From assembly GCA_014727975.1 (NCBI GenBank), contig WJMK01000039.1:29237-93236 (forward strand): a stretch of 64,000 nt of DNA, given 5' to 3'. The stretch is from Candidatus Micrarchaeota archaeon. Its GTDB lineage: Archaea; Micrarchaeota; Micrarchaeia; Anstonellales; Bilamarchaeaceae. The notes beneath the pieces are model-generated. The model searched no databases and had not been told where the DNA came from. It saw nothing but the letters and a program-made list of their open reading frames with translations. The position numbers were made by a program, and so were the translations under genes. Shown one piece after another: positions 54,976 to 64,000 of this stretch. Positions within the stretch are counted from its first letter, which is position 1; the number at the start of each line of letters is the position of its first letter.

Positions 54976-56646
54976 ATGGAGAATTTCTGCACGAAAAGAA
55001 TATGCTTAATAAAGATTGTGGAAAAATTAAGTGCAATGGCGGAAGATGCAGAGCTTGGCAAGGAGATACGGAAGGTTGAGAAGAACTCACTCCAGAAATT
55101 CAAGAACCAGAATAAGGTTCTCAAGAAGTTCGGGAAGGTGGGGCTCAAAGTCTACCGCTCCATACGGAAAAAGGGAATCAGCATAGAGGAGCTGATGGGG
55201 AAGGCCAAGCTTGAGCAGGAAAAGCTTTTCGAAATTCTGATGTTCCTCAAGGAAAAAGGCATGATTGAAACTGTTGTGGAGGCAGGGCCCGGGAAGATTG
55301 AGGTTGAGGAGGAGGCTGCAATGGCCAAGCCTGAAGGGCCGATAAAAGCAAGGCCAAAGGGGAAGAAGAAAAAGAAGGGCGTGAAAGAAGAGAAAGGAGC
55401 TTTGGAGAAGAAAGGAGAAGAGGAAGAAAAGAGGAAGCCTGGGAAAAAGGTGAAAAAGGAAAGGCAGCCTGCCCCTGCAACTATCGCCCCTGAGGAAGAG
55501 ACAGAAGAAGGAGAAGAGGGGAAGATTGAACCAGTGCGCGAAGAAGCCCCTGCAATTGCGCCCGAGGCTGAAATAAAGCCTGAGGAAGAAGAGGAACTAA
55601 CCCCTGAGGAGGAATTTGGCATTGGAAAAGGCCCAGAAGAGAAAGAAGTGGAGATTCCTGAGGTTGAAGAGGAAGGGGGCATAGTCCCGCTTGAGCTTAA
55701 GGAAGAGGAAGAAGAGGAGCCTGAGCAGGAAGAGGAGGAAGGGCCGGAAAAGCCCGAAGAGCCTGAGGAAGAGAGCTACGATGACGAAATTTCCCCCTCA
55801 GAACGCAAAGAAGAGGAAGAAGAGCCCGAGGAGGAGGATGAGGACATCTTCCTTACCCCGGGGGAGAAGAAAATCAAGGCAAAATACGGGCAGGTGGGAA
55901 TTGACGTTTATAATCTTATTGACGGCCAAAGGACTGCAGAGCAGATAATGAAAAGCACCGGGGTAACTGAAACCAAGCTTATTGAAATGCTGGATTTCAT
56001 GGAGAAAAAAGGCATAATCAAGCTTGAGCACCCCGGAACAAAAAGAAAGAAGAAAAGAAGGGCCCCAAAAATGCCAAAGGTAAAGGAAGTGGGCTTTGCG
56101 CCAATGCTTGAGGAAGGCGTGTCCCCGGAAAAACCGCTTGGAGGGGAACTGGGGAAGGAATTTACCCTTGATGTGCCTTCAAAGTTGCCGGGCAACATGC
56201 TCAGGGAAATACAGATGAAGGCAAACCTCATGATTAAATTCAAGAAGCCGGGGGCAAAGGCATTTGAGCTAATGAATGGGAGCAGGGATGCGGTGGAGAT
56301 TGCACTCAAGACCGGGCTCCCGCTTTATAGAGTATATAAGGTCATGGCATACCTGCAGAGGGAGGGAATGGTTAAGCTTGAGCCCTCCACCCGGGAAGAG
56401 ATTAAAAGAAAGTACGGGGAAGACGGTTATTCCGTGTACAAAAGATACGGGAGGGACGGGGTAATGCTCTACCAGCTTATCGGGAAGGACATGGATTTGA
56501 AGCAGATGGCAGACCTGACTTCAGAAGACAAGAAGAGGGTTGTTGAAATCTTCATGTTCATCCACCGGCTCCTCGGGATTGAGCTCCCGATTGATGAGGA
56601 TGTTCTTCTTGAGAGGATACAATCCGCCGGGCCTGTCCCTAAATAA
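54976..56646 (+). CDS. protein with four repeats of a ~55-aa wHTH-like module separated by E-rich linkers
   Basis: Repeats KFGKVGLKVYRSI...; KYGQVGIDVYNLIDGQRTAEQIMK...; AKAFELMNGSRDAVEIAL...; KYGEDGYSVYKRYGRDGVMLYQLI... Confidence 0.5.
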   Translation: MENFCTKRICLIKIVEKLSAMAEDAELGKEIRKVEKNSLQKFKNQNKVLKKFGKVGLKVYRSIRKKGISIEELMGKAKLEQEKLFEILMFLKEKGMIETVVEAGPGKIEVEEEAAMAKPEGPIKARPKGKKKKKGVKEEKGALEKKGEEEEKRKPGKKVKKERQPAPATIAPEEETEEGEEGKIEPVREEAPAIAPEAEIKPEEEEELTPEEEFGIGKGPEEKEVEIPEVEEEGGIVPLELKEEEEEEPEQEEEEGPEKPEEPEEESYDDEISPSERKEEEEEPEEEDEDIFLTPGEKKIKAKYGQVGIDVYNLIDGQRTAEQIMKSTGVTETKLIEMLDFMEKKGIIKLEHPGTKRKKKRRAPKMPKVKEVGFAPMLEEGVSPEKPLGGELGKEFTLDVPSKLPGNMLREIQMKANLMIKFKKPGAKAFELMNGSRDAVEIALKTGLPLYRVYKVMAYLQREGMVKLEPSTREEIKRKYGEDGYSVYKRYGRDGVMLYQLIGKDMDLKQMADLTSEDKKRVVEIFMFIHRLLGIELPIDEDVLLERIQSAGPVPK

Positions 56647-57034
56647 CCCTTGAGAGGGAGATTCTCTCTATTTCCAGCGGGGAGGCCTTCTTCTTTAAAT
56701 TTAAGGGTGCTTCCCTAAGCTGGAAAAGAGAGAGCATCCTGGGCTTTGTTTTGCCGGAGGAGACAAGCAGGATGTCTTGCGCAGACTGGAAAGAATATGC
56801 TTTCAGTGCAGATGTGATGTCTTTTTTTGCTGCAAGCCAGAGCAGAAACTCCTTTTCCGGCTTTTTTGCAATATTTCTTTTTTCCTTTGTTGCGTTTTTT
56901 GCGAGCTGTTCTGCAAGAAGGAGCTCTTCCTCTGAATTTATTTTTTTTGGGTTAATGAGGAGCGTGTTGGTTTTTTCTGCCAGGCTTAGGAGCTTTTCTT
57001 TGGGCAATGGGGAGCTTCCCCTGAGGAAAATCAT
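56639..57034 (-). CDS. possible KEOPS subunit Cgi121-like protein
   Basis: NIAKKPEKEFLLWLAAKKDITSALKAYSF resembles the Cgi121 core (IAKS.FWMEILVRASGQRQIHEAIKI); N-terminus MIFLRG. Confidence 0.35.
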   Translation of the reverse strand: MIFLRGSSPLPKEKLLSLAEKTNTLLINPKKINSEEELLLAEQLAKNATKEKRNIAKKPEKEFLLWLAAKKDITSALKAYSFQSAQDILLVSSGKTKPRMLSLFQLREAPLNLKKKASPLEIERISLSRVI

Positions 57035-57109
57035 GAGAGGAATGGGAGGGGACAGATATTAAAACATTACCATTCTATAAAATGAACTCACTATTCATTT
57101 TCCAGGTGA

Positions 57110-57499
57110 ATGATTATGGAAGAATATCACGAAGGCAGAAAGAAGAAAGTCTCCTCCGGGAGCGGGGGAAGAAGAGGAAGGTACCGGGACAAGAAAAAGG
57201 CCCACCTTGGAGGAGTATTCAGCTCCACCAAGGTTTCTGATGAGCCAAGAAGGGAAACCAAGAGGCTCAGGGGGGGGAGCACCCGCGCAAAAGTAAAAAG
57301 GTCTGCATTCGTGAACGTTGTTTCTGAAGGGAAAACGCAGAAGGTGAAGATTGAGGGTGTTGTGGAGAGCCACAACCCGCACTATGCGCGCCAGAACATC
57401 ATTACAAAGGGAGCAGTGCTGAATACTGCGCTTGGGAAGGTGCGCGTTACCAACCGCGTTGGGCAGGACGGGGTTGTGAACGGAGTCCTTGTAAAGTAG
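57110..57499 (+). CDS. rps8e: 30S ribosomal protein S8e
   Basis: Basic N-terminus with GRKKK...SGG; C-terminal RVGQDGVVNGVLV, an S8e signature. Confidence 0.8.
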   Translation: MIMEEYHEGRKKKVSSGSGGRRGRYRDKKKAHLGGVFSSTKVSDEPRRETKRLRGGSTRAKVKRSAFVNVVSEGKTQKVKIEGVVESHNPHYARQNIITKGAVLNTALGKVRVTNRVGQDGVVNGVLVK

Positions 57500-57585
57500 G
57501 TTCTTGTTTTTATTTTTTTCAGCTTCATTTTCTATTCCTTATTTAAAATCTTGTTTTTCAATTACACCCATCCAGGGTGATATAA

Positions 57586-59664
57586 GTGGAAGGGAAATTT
57601 TACACTACTACTGCGATTCCTTATGTGAATGCTGCCCCGCACCTGGGGCATGCGCTTGAGTTTGTGCAGACAGATGTAATTGCACGGTACCAGAGGCTGC
57701 GCGGGAAGGATGTTGCGCTTGTTACGGGCGCGGATGAGAATTCCCTGAAGAACGTGCAGGCTGCAGAAAAGCGCGGGATTTCCGTGGAGCAGCTCTGCGA
57801 AGAGAATGCTGCAAAATTCAGGGAAATGGCAGATGCAGTAGGGCTTTCCTACACCTCTTTCCAGAGGACTTCGGGCAAGGAAAAACACTGGGCAGGAGTG
57901 CAGAAGCTCTGGGAGCTCTGCAGCCAAAACGGAGACCTTTACAAAAAGAAATACAGGGGGCTTTACTGCGTGGGGTGCGAGGCGTTCCTGGAAGAAAGTG
58001 AGCTTGTGGATGGAATGTGCCCTGAGCACAAAAAGGCACCGGAGCCGGTGGAAGAGGAAAACTATTTCTTCAGGCTTTCGAAATACCAGGAGAAGCTGGA
58101 GCAGCTTATTGAGAGTAATGAGCTTAAGGTGGTGCCGGAAACGCGGAAGAATGAGGTGCTTTCCTTTATACGTGGGGGGCTGAAGGATTTCAGCATCTCC
58201 AGATCTGTGGAGAGGGCGCATGGGTGGGGGGTTCCTGTGCCCGGGGATTCCGAGCAGATTATGTATGTTTGGTTCGATGCGCTCGGGACTTACCTTACCG
58301 GTATTGGGTATGGGGCGGATGAAGCGGAGTTCGGGAAATACTGGCCTGCTGATGTGCACGTAATCGGGAAGGGGATACTGAGGTTCCATGCGGTTTACTG
58401 GCCTGTGATGCTGCTTTCTGCAGGGCTCCCCCTTCCAAAGAATATTTTTGTGCACGGGTACATTACGGTGGAGGGGCAGAAAATGAGCAAATCGCTCGGG
58501 AACATCGTGGACCCGTTTGCACTGGTTGAAAAATTTGGGGTTGAACCGGTGCGCTACTGCCTGCTGAGTGAAGTGCCTACATTTGAAGATGGGGATTTCT
58601 CCGAGCGGGTGCTGGTTGAGAAGAACAATAATGAGCTTATTGCAAACATTGGAAACCTGGTTAACCGTACCATGGTTTTCATAAGGAACAATTTTGAGGG
58701 GCGGGTTCCCAGGGGCGAGCTGAATGCGGAGGATGAAAAATTCCTTGCGGGGCAGAAAGAGGTCATTGGAAAGATTGGGGCCGCAATGGATGAAATGAAG
58801 ATTAGGGAAGCGCTCCAGCACGTGATGGAATTCGGGAAAAATGCGAACAAATACTTCCAGGACAATGCGCCTTGGGAGCTGGTAAAAAGCGATAAGGGGA
58901 GGGCAGGGGCTGTGCTTTACCTGCTTGCAAACCAGGCAAAGGACCTGGGCATACTCTGTGCGCCCTTCCTTCCTGGAACCAGCGCAAGCATATTCAAGCA
59001 GCTGGGGTTGGAAAGCCGGGGATGGGAAGACTTGGGCTCCCTTTCAGTCAAGGAGGGGCATGGGCTTGGAGAGCCTGAAATACTTTTCAGGAAGATTGAG
59101 GGGAAAAAGGAGCAGCAGGGCCCGGCCCCTGCTTCGGACCAAGAGGCGAAGCCCGCGGAGAAGCCCCTGGAAAAACCCATAGGGGATAAAGAAAAGATTT
59201 CTTTTGCGGGTTTGGACCTGGAAGTGGGGGAAATTGTCTCGGTTGAGAAGCACCCTGATGCAGACAAGCTTTATGTTGAGAAAGTGAGGCTGGGGGATGG
59301 GGAAAAACAGGTTGTCTCCGGGCTCGTGGAATATATTTCTGCGGAAGAGCTTAAGGGGAAGAGAGTGGTCATTGTGAAGAACCTTGCTCCTGCAAAACTG
59401 AGGGGTGTGGAATCAGAAGGGATGCTCCTTGTTGCAGAAAGCAGGGAAGACGGAGTGGAAGTGCTTGAGCCGGATGCGGAAGTTGGGGAAAAAATAACCA
59501 TGGTGGGAGTTGCGCACAGCCCAAAAGAAGAGATAAGCTTCAAGGAATTCAGCAAAGTAAAATTCAAAGTCAGGGACTGGAAAGTCTCTGCAGAGGGGAA
59601 ACAGCTCTTTTCAGGCAACAAACTGCTTAAAACCAAGAGAGTGAGTGATGGGAAAGTCTCCTGA
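57586..59664 (+). CDS. metG: methionyl-tRNA synthetase with C-terminal tRNA-binding (EMAP/Trbp111-like) domain
   Basis: HLGHALEF (HIGH) and KMSKS motifs; CxxC knuckles; C-terminal OB-fold LDLEVGEIVSVEKHPDADKLYVEKV; GTG start. Confidence 0.95.
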   Translation: MEGKFYTTTAIPYVNAAPHLGHALEFVQTDVIARYQRLRGKDVALVTGADENSLKNVQAAEKRGISVEQLCEENAAKFREMADAVGLSYTSFQRTSGKEKHWAGVQKLWELCSQNGDLYKKKYRGLYCVGCEAFLEESELVDGMCPEHKKAPEPVEEENYFFRLSKYQEKLEQLIESNELKVVPETRKNEVLSFIRGGLKDFSISRSVERAHGWGVPVPGDSEQIMYVWFDALGTYLTGIGYGADEAEFGKYWPADVHVIGKGILRFHAVYWPVMLLSAGLPLPKNIFVHGYITVEGQKMSKSLGNIVDPFALVEKFGVEPVRYCLLSEVPTFEDGDFSERVLVEKNNNELIANIGNLVNRTMVFIRNNFEGRVPRGELNAEDEKFLAGQKEVIGKIGAAMDEMKIREALQHVMEFGKNANKYFQDNAPWELVKSDKGRAGAVLYLLANQAKDLGILCAPFLPGTSASIFKQLGLESRGWEDLGSLSVKEGHGLGEPEILFRKIEGKKEQQGPAPASDQEAKPAEKPLEKPIGDKEKISFAGLDLEVGEIVSVEKHPDADKLYVEKVRLGDGEKQVVSGLVEYISAEELKGKRVVIVKNLAPAKLRGVESEGMLLVAESREDGVEVLEPDAEVGEKITMVGVAHSPKEEISFKEFSKVKFKVRDWKVSAEGKQLFSGNKLLKTKRVSDGKVS

Positions 59665-59713
59665 TCAGAAATAAACAAAAGTAAATAAAATAAGAAAAAG
59701 GAAAAAGAGGGAA

Positions 59714-60844
59714 TCAGCACTGGCCGTCCGGACCTTCCTGTTCTTCAGAAAGCCCTACAGTGCAGTCCTCCGGGGCTGAATCAAATGCGCTGCAGATTGC
59801 CTCCTTGTAAGATTCAGCTGACCTTGACCCTGAATAATCCACTCCATTTATTGTGAGTGCAGGGGAACCGAATTTCTGTGTGCTGAACGTTAGGTTCTTC
59901 TCCCTTGCGAGGATTGTGAACTTCTCAGTTTCGAAATTGCCCTCAATCTCAGTTGTGTCAATTCCAAGGTCGTCTGCAACAAGCTTCCAGCAGTTTTCGA
60001 TGTCCTGCCCTCCTGAGAAGCAAACTTCATTTACTGCTGCGGCATATTCTGCCCACATTGCTTCCCCATAACGGTTGTAGACCATCTTCTCCCTGATGCC
60101 CTGCTCAAGCTCATACATGCCGTGCATTGAGCAGTAGGTTACATTGTTTTCATCTACAAGGCATTCGCCGCTCTCTGCGCTGTATGAGGGATGGATAGAC
60201 TCATCATAAATGATGTAAACCGGCTCAAAGGAAATGTCCTCTTCCAGCAGGCTTACTACATCCACGATTGCGTTCTCTGCAATGTTTCCGTATGGGCAGT
60301 TGCTCATGACATGGAGGTAAACCTCGGGTTCTTCTGAGGTTGGGTAGCCCTCGGGCTCCATCTCAGTTTCCTCTGGCTGGTTTTCAAGTGCCTCAAGGTA
60401 CTGTGCCTTCGCAGCTGCAAGGTCTGTTTCCATTGATTCCCTTTCAAGGGCACTTGGGTAGATGTACTCGTAATCCTTTGATACATAGAGGGGCATTTCC
60501 TGGCCCATTACACTATAGTAGAGTGCAATGTGGTTGGGGTTTTCCTCGTATCTTGCAAAGGTCACTTCTACGTCCTGCCCTGTGTTCAGGAGATAAGTGT
60601 CTGCAAGGAGCTGCCTTATCTCTTCCACTTTTACTTCATCAAGCGTGAATTCTTCCTCTTCCTCTGCTTCGGCTGAAGGCTCTTCAGCTGGTGCTGTCTC
60701 CGTTGGGAACAGAGCGGGCATTGCAAGGTACATTACAAGCAGGCCCACAAGGAACCCAAGGAGAGCAATGAGCCACACTTTGCCTTCTCCCGTGCAGGAG
60801 GAAGCAGGTTCTTGAGCTTTTTTAGGCTCTTCCTTATTTGTCAT
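59714..60844 (-). CDS. membrane-anchored acidic extracytoplasmic protein (hypothetical)
   Basis: N-terminal TM LIALLGFLVGLLVMYL, an E-rich linker and a ~280-aa Cys-containing domain. Confidence 0.4.
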   Translation of the reverse strand: MTNKEEPKKAQEPASSCTGEGKVWLIALLGFLVGLLVMYLAMPALFPTETAPAEEPSAEAEEEEEFTLDEVKVEEIRQLLADTYLLNTGQDVEVTFARYEENPNHIALYYSVMGQEMPLYVSKDYEYIYPSALERESMETDLAAAKAQYLEALENQPEETEMEPEGYPTSEEPEVYLHVMSNCPYGNIAENAIVDVVSLLEEDISFEPVYIIYDESIHPSYSAESGECLVDENNVTYCSMHGMYELEQGIREKMVYNRYGEAMWAEYAAAVNEVCFSGGQDIENCWKLVADDLGIDTTEIEGNFETEKFTILAREKNLTFSTQKFGSPALTINGVDYSGSRSAESYKEAICSAFDSAPEDCTVGLSEEQEGPDGQC

Positions 60845-61010
60845 ATTTGCTCACCAAATGATTAGTTTGGAATACAAAGAGTGCAGCTTATTTATAAGGG
60901 TATGGGTTTTGCTTCGGCTGCGTCCCTGGAGACACTTGGGAGTTGGTGCTTTGGAGCGGCGCTGGCAAAATTTCAGTTATGCTTATATTGGTTGCAGGGA
61001 TATTTGTTTT

Positions 61011-61376
61011 ATGGACATGAAAATCAAGCAGGAAATAAAGGACCAGTTGGCGATTGAGAGGACGAGGCTGGCTGAGGAGCGTACAGACCTTGCATATATC
61101 CGGACAGGGTTTAGCCTGCTTCTTGGGGGCATCTTCTTTATTGGGTACTTCCTTCCCGGGACCGTGTTTATGTATGTGGGCTACATAACAATACTTGCAT
61201 CCCTTGTTTTTGTCAGCTATGGATTCTACCACCACAGGAAATCAACTGTTTTCCTTAATGAAGTGCTTAATGTGCCGCGGAGGGGCGTATTCAAGGCAAA
61301 ATGGTTTGGGGAACAGCTGATAAGGGCAGGGGGAAGAAAAGTTAAAGGGAGGGGGAAAAACAAGGAAAAGGAATAG
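61011..61376 (+). CDS. DUF202/YidH-family small membrane protein
   Basis: LAIERTRLAEERTDLAYIRTGFSLL followed by two TM helices; ATG at 61011. Confidence 0.6.
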   Translation: MDMKIKQEIKDQLAIERTRLAEERTDLAYIRTGFSLLLGGIFFIGYFLPGTVFMYVGYITILASLVFVSYGFYHHRKSTVFLNEVLNVPRRGVFKAKWFGEQLIRAGGRKVKGRGKNKEKE

Positions 61377-61421
61377 GGCTGCTGATTTTTTTGGGTCCAA
61401 TTCAGAAACAGGGGCACCTGA

Positions 61422-62537
61422 CTATTTCCATCCCCTGAATCCCATTGCATCTTCCACGCGCTCGCGGGCGATGCCCATTGCTGCTTTCCTTGTATCGTTG
61501 TCTTCCTGGGCGCGTTCCATCATCACTTTTGTGTTTGCGGCAACCTTGTCTGTTACCACCTTGAACATCGTGTCTGCATTCCAGCCCATTGTTTCACAGT
61601 AGGAAGAGATTACTCCTCCTGCATTTGCAACAAAATCAGGGAGGACTACTACGCCCTTTTTCATGAGGATTTGCTCGATTTCGTACTTTGCAGGGAGGTT
61701 TGCGGCTTCTGCAACGTATTTTGCCTTTACATTTTCTACATTTCCTGTGGTGATTACGTCCGGGCGCGCCCCTGGGATAAGGATGTCTACGTCCAATTCG
61801 AAAAGGTCCTTTCCTTCTTTCTTTTCGCCCGTGTGCGCGGTTACGGTGCGCTGCTCCTGCTTGGTTTTCATAAGTTCCGCGTGCTTCAGGCCTTCTGGGT
61901 TGTATATTGTTCCCTTTGAATCTGAGGCTGCGATTACTTTTGCACCCCATTCCTCAAGGAACTGGTGGGCAAATGTTCCTACGTTTCCATAGCCTTCAAT
62001 TGCTACTGTTTTTCCTTCTAGGGATTCGCCCTTGAATTCAACTGCAACTTTTGTGCAGAGTGCGACTCCGTAGCCTGTGGAGCCTAATTCGTGGGGAAGG
62101 CCGCCCATCTGGGTTGGCTTTCCTGTGGTTACCATGGGGTCCTGTAGTTCATCTGCGATGTATGCCATTTCACGCTCGGTCATGTTCATGTCCGGACCTG
62201 CAATGTAATGCTTGGGCATTATTTCAGCGAGCTTTTTTGCGAATGCGCGTACTACTGCTTCTTTCTGCTCTGGTGAAAGGGCGCGCGGGTCTGCTTTGAT
62301 TCCGCTTTTTGCGCCCCCAAAAGGAATATCTGCCATTGCGTTTTTCCAGGTCATTGCACGGGCAAGGCCCATAACTTCGGAAGTAGTGAGGTCGGGAACC
62401 ATTCGGATTCCTCCTTTTCCCAGGCCCCTTGCAGTGTTGTCGACTACTGCGACTCCGTGCATTCCAGTTTTCTGGTCGTAAACTTCGAACACTCTTTCTG
62501 GGCCAATCTCATCGATCTCGTACATGAAAAAACTCAC
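61422..62537 (-). CDS. Glu/Leu/Phe/Val dehydrogenase family enzyme
   Basis: GLGKGGIRMVP catalytic lysine motif; NAD(P) Rossmann GYGNVG. Confidence 0.85.
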   Translation of the reverse strand: MSFFMYEIDEIGPERVFEVYDQKTGMHGVAVVDNTARGLGKGGIRMVPDLTTSEVMGLARAMTWKNAMADIPFGGAKSGIKADPRALSPEQKEAVVRAFAKKLAEIMPKHYIAGPDMNMTEREMAYIADELQDPMVTTGKPTQMGGLPHELGSTGYGVALCTKVAVEFKGESLEGKTVAIEGYGNVGTFAHQFLEEWGAKVIAASDSKGTIYNPEGLKHAELMKTKQEQRTVTAHTGEKKEGKDLFELDVDILIPGARPDVITTGNVENVKAKYVAEAANLPAKYEIEQILMKKGVVVLPDFVANAGGVISSYCETMGWNADTMFKVVTDKVAANTKVMMERAQEDNDTRKAAMGIARERVEDAMGFRGWK

Positions 62538-62608
62538 CTTGGGGTGATTTTCTAGGATAAGGAATTTAAACGTGAGCTAGCTGTAGGGGGAGGTGATGAG
62601 TTTTTGCA

Positions 62609-63595
62609 CTATTGATTTGAAGGCCGCGGCGGAAGGAACTGGAATTTGTATTCCTGCTGGAAGGTTACTACTTCCTGGTCCCGGATAAGGTTCCCGAATT
62701 TTTCCCTTATTTCAGCAAGCTGCTTGAGGAAGGTCTCTTCCTTGTTTACCTGGAATTCGAGCTCTACGTCCCCGCCCCCAAATGCTTCATCAATGTAAAC
62801 GACATATGGGTTTTTCCGTATGTGGTCCAGGAGTTTTTTGCGGCTTGCCTTTGTCTGGCCGGAAAGGCGCAGGTAAACTTTGTGGTACTTTATCCCAAGC
62901 AGAGAATAGTTGGGGGAAAGCCTGAATCCATGCAATACCTCCTCCTTCATAAGGCTGTTGAGCAGGGAATCTATTTTTGAGGGGGGCTTTTTCAGGATTC
63001 TTGCAAGGGCCTGCGTGTCCATGCGCGAATTTATGGCAAGGAGCCTGAGCAGGCTCCAGTCCTCTTCGCTCAACTCAATGGGCTTGCCTTCGCTGATTAT
63101 TTCGCTTTTCTTTGCAGTTTGGGCTGCTTCGTCTCCCAGGAGGCAGGCCCTGGAATATACATAAAGGCGGTGGACCACCGCAACCTTTTTCTTTTCCACA
63201 TGCTTCCCGTACTCCTGGAGAAACTCGGAGAGGAACTCCTGGAATTCATGTGTGTCCTTTGCCCAAACAACTGCGCTAAGGTCCCACCTCCCCCTGCAGG
63301 AAACAAGCCAGCCAATATCCTCCCTGGAATTAAGCACTTCGAAAAGTTCAAAACGCTCTTTCCTAGAGATATCCTTAAGGCGGACGCTGAGCCGGTAGGG
63401 GGAATACCCTAATTTATATACATTTATTATAGGATTGAAGCCAAGGATTACCCCTGAATCCACGAGCTCTTTTATGCGGGAAGAGACCTCTGTTTCATCC
63501 ATGTTGAGTTTTTTTGCAATTGCAGAATCAGTCTGGCGCGAATCAATGTCCAGTTCATACAGGATTTTCCTGTCCGGGCTATCCAGAGCCTCCAT
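62609..63595 (-). CDS. tandem-duplicated Lrp/AsnC-family transcription regulator
   Basis: Two HTH plus RAM-like halves (DRKILYELDIDSRQTDSAIAKKL...; WSLLRLLAINSRMDTQALARILK...); start taken at the internal ATG 63595. Confidence 0.7.
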   Translation of the reverse strand: MEALDSPDRKILYELDIDSRQTDSAIAKKLNMDETEVSSRIKELVDSGVILGFNPIINVYKLGYSPYRLSVRLKDISRKERFELFEVLNSREDIGWLVSCRGRWDLSAVVWAKDTHEFQEFLSEFLQEYGKHVEKKKVAVVHRLYVYSRACLLGDEAAQTAKKSEIISEGKPIELSEEDWSLLRLLAINSRMDTQALARILKKPPSKIDSLLNSLMKEEVLHGFRLSPNYSLLGIKYHKVYLRLSGQTKASRKKLLDHIRKNPYVVYIDEAFGGGDVELEFQVNKEETFLKQLAEIREKFGNLIRDQEVVTFQQEYKFQFLPPRPSNQ

Positions 63596-63699
63596 AGTCC
63601 ATATTCGGGTGAGGAAGGGTTTAAAATTTGTATTATTGTAAATTGGTGCGTATACTTTAGAAGCTTTTTTGCATAGTGCGGGTAGAAACACGAAATATC

Positions 63700-63763
63700 A
63701 TAATTAGGAACAGATTTATAAATACAATGTTTCAAAAAATATATTGGCATTTGCTTGGGGAGT
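63700..63763 (+). promoter_or_regulatory. archaeal promoter-like tttataaata box upstream of a partial ORF
   Basis: TATA-like gatttataaatac sits ~40 nt upstream of ATG 63764. Confidence 0.35.
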
Positions 63764-64000
63764 ATGATGAATAGGATAAAGGAAGAACAAGATGCAAGAC
63801 CTGCGCGCGGGCGCCAAACAAGGGACCTGCCCCGGATTGGCGGCTTTTCCGGAAAGGGGCAAAGAAGAGGCCCATTCAGGAGAGCAGGTTCGCTGGACCT
63901 TCATCTTGGGATGGAAGGCGTTAAGGAGGAACTCAGGCAAGATTTGAGAAGGGCCCTTAATGCAAATGGAAATAACCCCTCCAGAAGAAAATATGTCCAG
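63764..64000 (+). CDS. partial ORF for a basic protein (runs off the window end)
   Basis: MMNRIKEEQDARPARGRQTRDLPRIGGFSGKGQRRGPFRR... has no stop before the window end and is preceded by a TATA-like box. Confidence 0.3.
   Translation, partial: MMNRIKEEQDARPARGRQTRDLPRIGGFSGKGQRRGPFRRAGSLDLHLGMEGVKEELRQDLRRALNANGNNPSRRKYVQ

Noticed and set aside
55152-55682. 176-aa Ser-rich minus-strand ORF inside the 4×wHTH gene
   Set aside because: A shadow ORF of the E-rich linkers; the plus-strand ORF has the repeated module structure.
1-64000. CRISPR arrays, rRNA genes, integrases/transposases and IS elements
   Set aside because: I found no regularly spaced direct repeats and no rRNA-like or recombinase-like sequences. 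The only exact long repeat noticed is the 23-mer reported in findings.

Overview
This is archaeal chromosomal DNA at roughly 50% GC, and the gene content resembles a small-genome (DPANN-like) archaeon; no integrase, transposase, CRISPR array or rRNA was seen. All calls below come from reading the ORF translations for family motifs, with no database search run. The six-frame track also contains many antisense ORFs running through K/E-rich genes, which I have not called (see the rejected list).

Housekeeping genes with strong motif support:
- Replication: Orc1/Cdc6, archaeal DnaG primase and MCM.
- Translation and RNA modification: LeuRS, MetRS, ribosomal protein S8e, Trm5/Taw2, a NOL1/NOP2/Sun m5C methyltransferase, a MiaB-like methylthiotransferase, an RNA ligase and a Cgi121-like protein.
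- Central metabolism: archaeal-type PEP carboxylase, the archaeal cofactor-independent phosphoglycerate mutase (ApgM), a Glu/Leu dehydrogenase and two adjacent FNR-like oxidoreductases.
- Ether-lipid biosynthesis: a UbiA prenyltransferase, a GGPP synthase and CDP-archaeol synthase.
- Transport and proteolysis: an SNF-family transporter, an NhaP-type antiporter, SppA and a presenilin-like intramembrane protease.

Four accessory regions are the most likely place for anything undescribed:
1. 28899-35753: six tightly packed, co-directional paralogous polytopic membrane proteins sharing motifs I do not recognise from any characterised family.
2. 17279-22559: an operon of five proteins with archaeal type IV pilin (class III) signal peptides, plus a Cys-rich small protein, headed by SppA.
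3. 47093-56646: a Tad-like type IV pilus assembly locus. It has a pilin, two separate single-domain platform proteins, an ATPase with a long charged N-terminal extension, and long coiled-coil proteins built from a repeated winged-HTH-like module.
4. 8800-13077: a 1425-residue secreted protein rich in N-glycosylation sequons, anchored by a C-terminal transmembrane helix.

Smaller observations: a 23-nt exact repeat shared between the UbiA coding sequence and the promoter region of the giant protein gene; a GC-rich intergenic stretch with three spaced GCACAG palindromic sites upstream of the DUF167-Toprim-dnaG genes; a candidate structured RNA next to an unannotated 49-residue zinc-ribbon ORF downstream of mcm; and E/K/P-rich low-complexity extensions on several otherwise conserved proteins.
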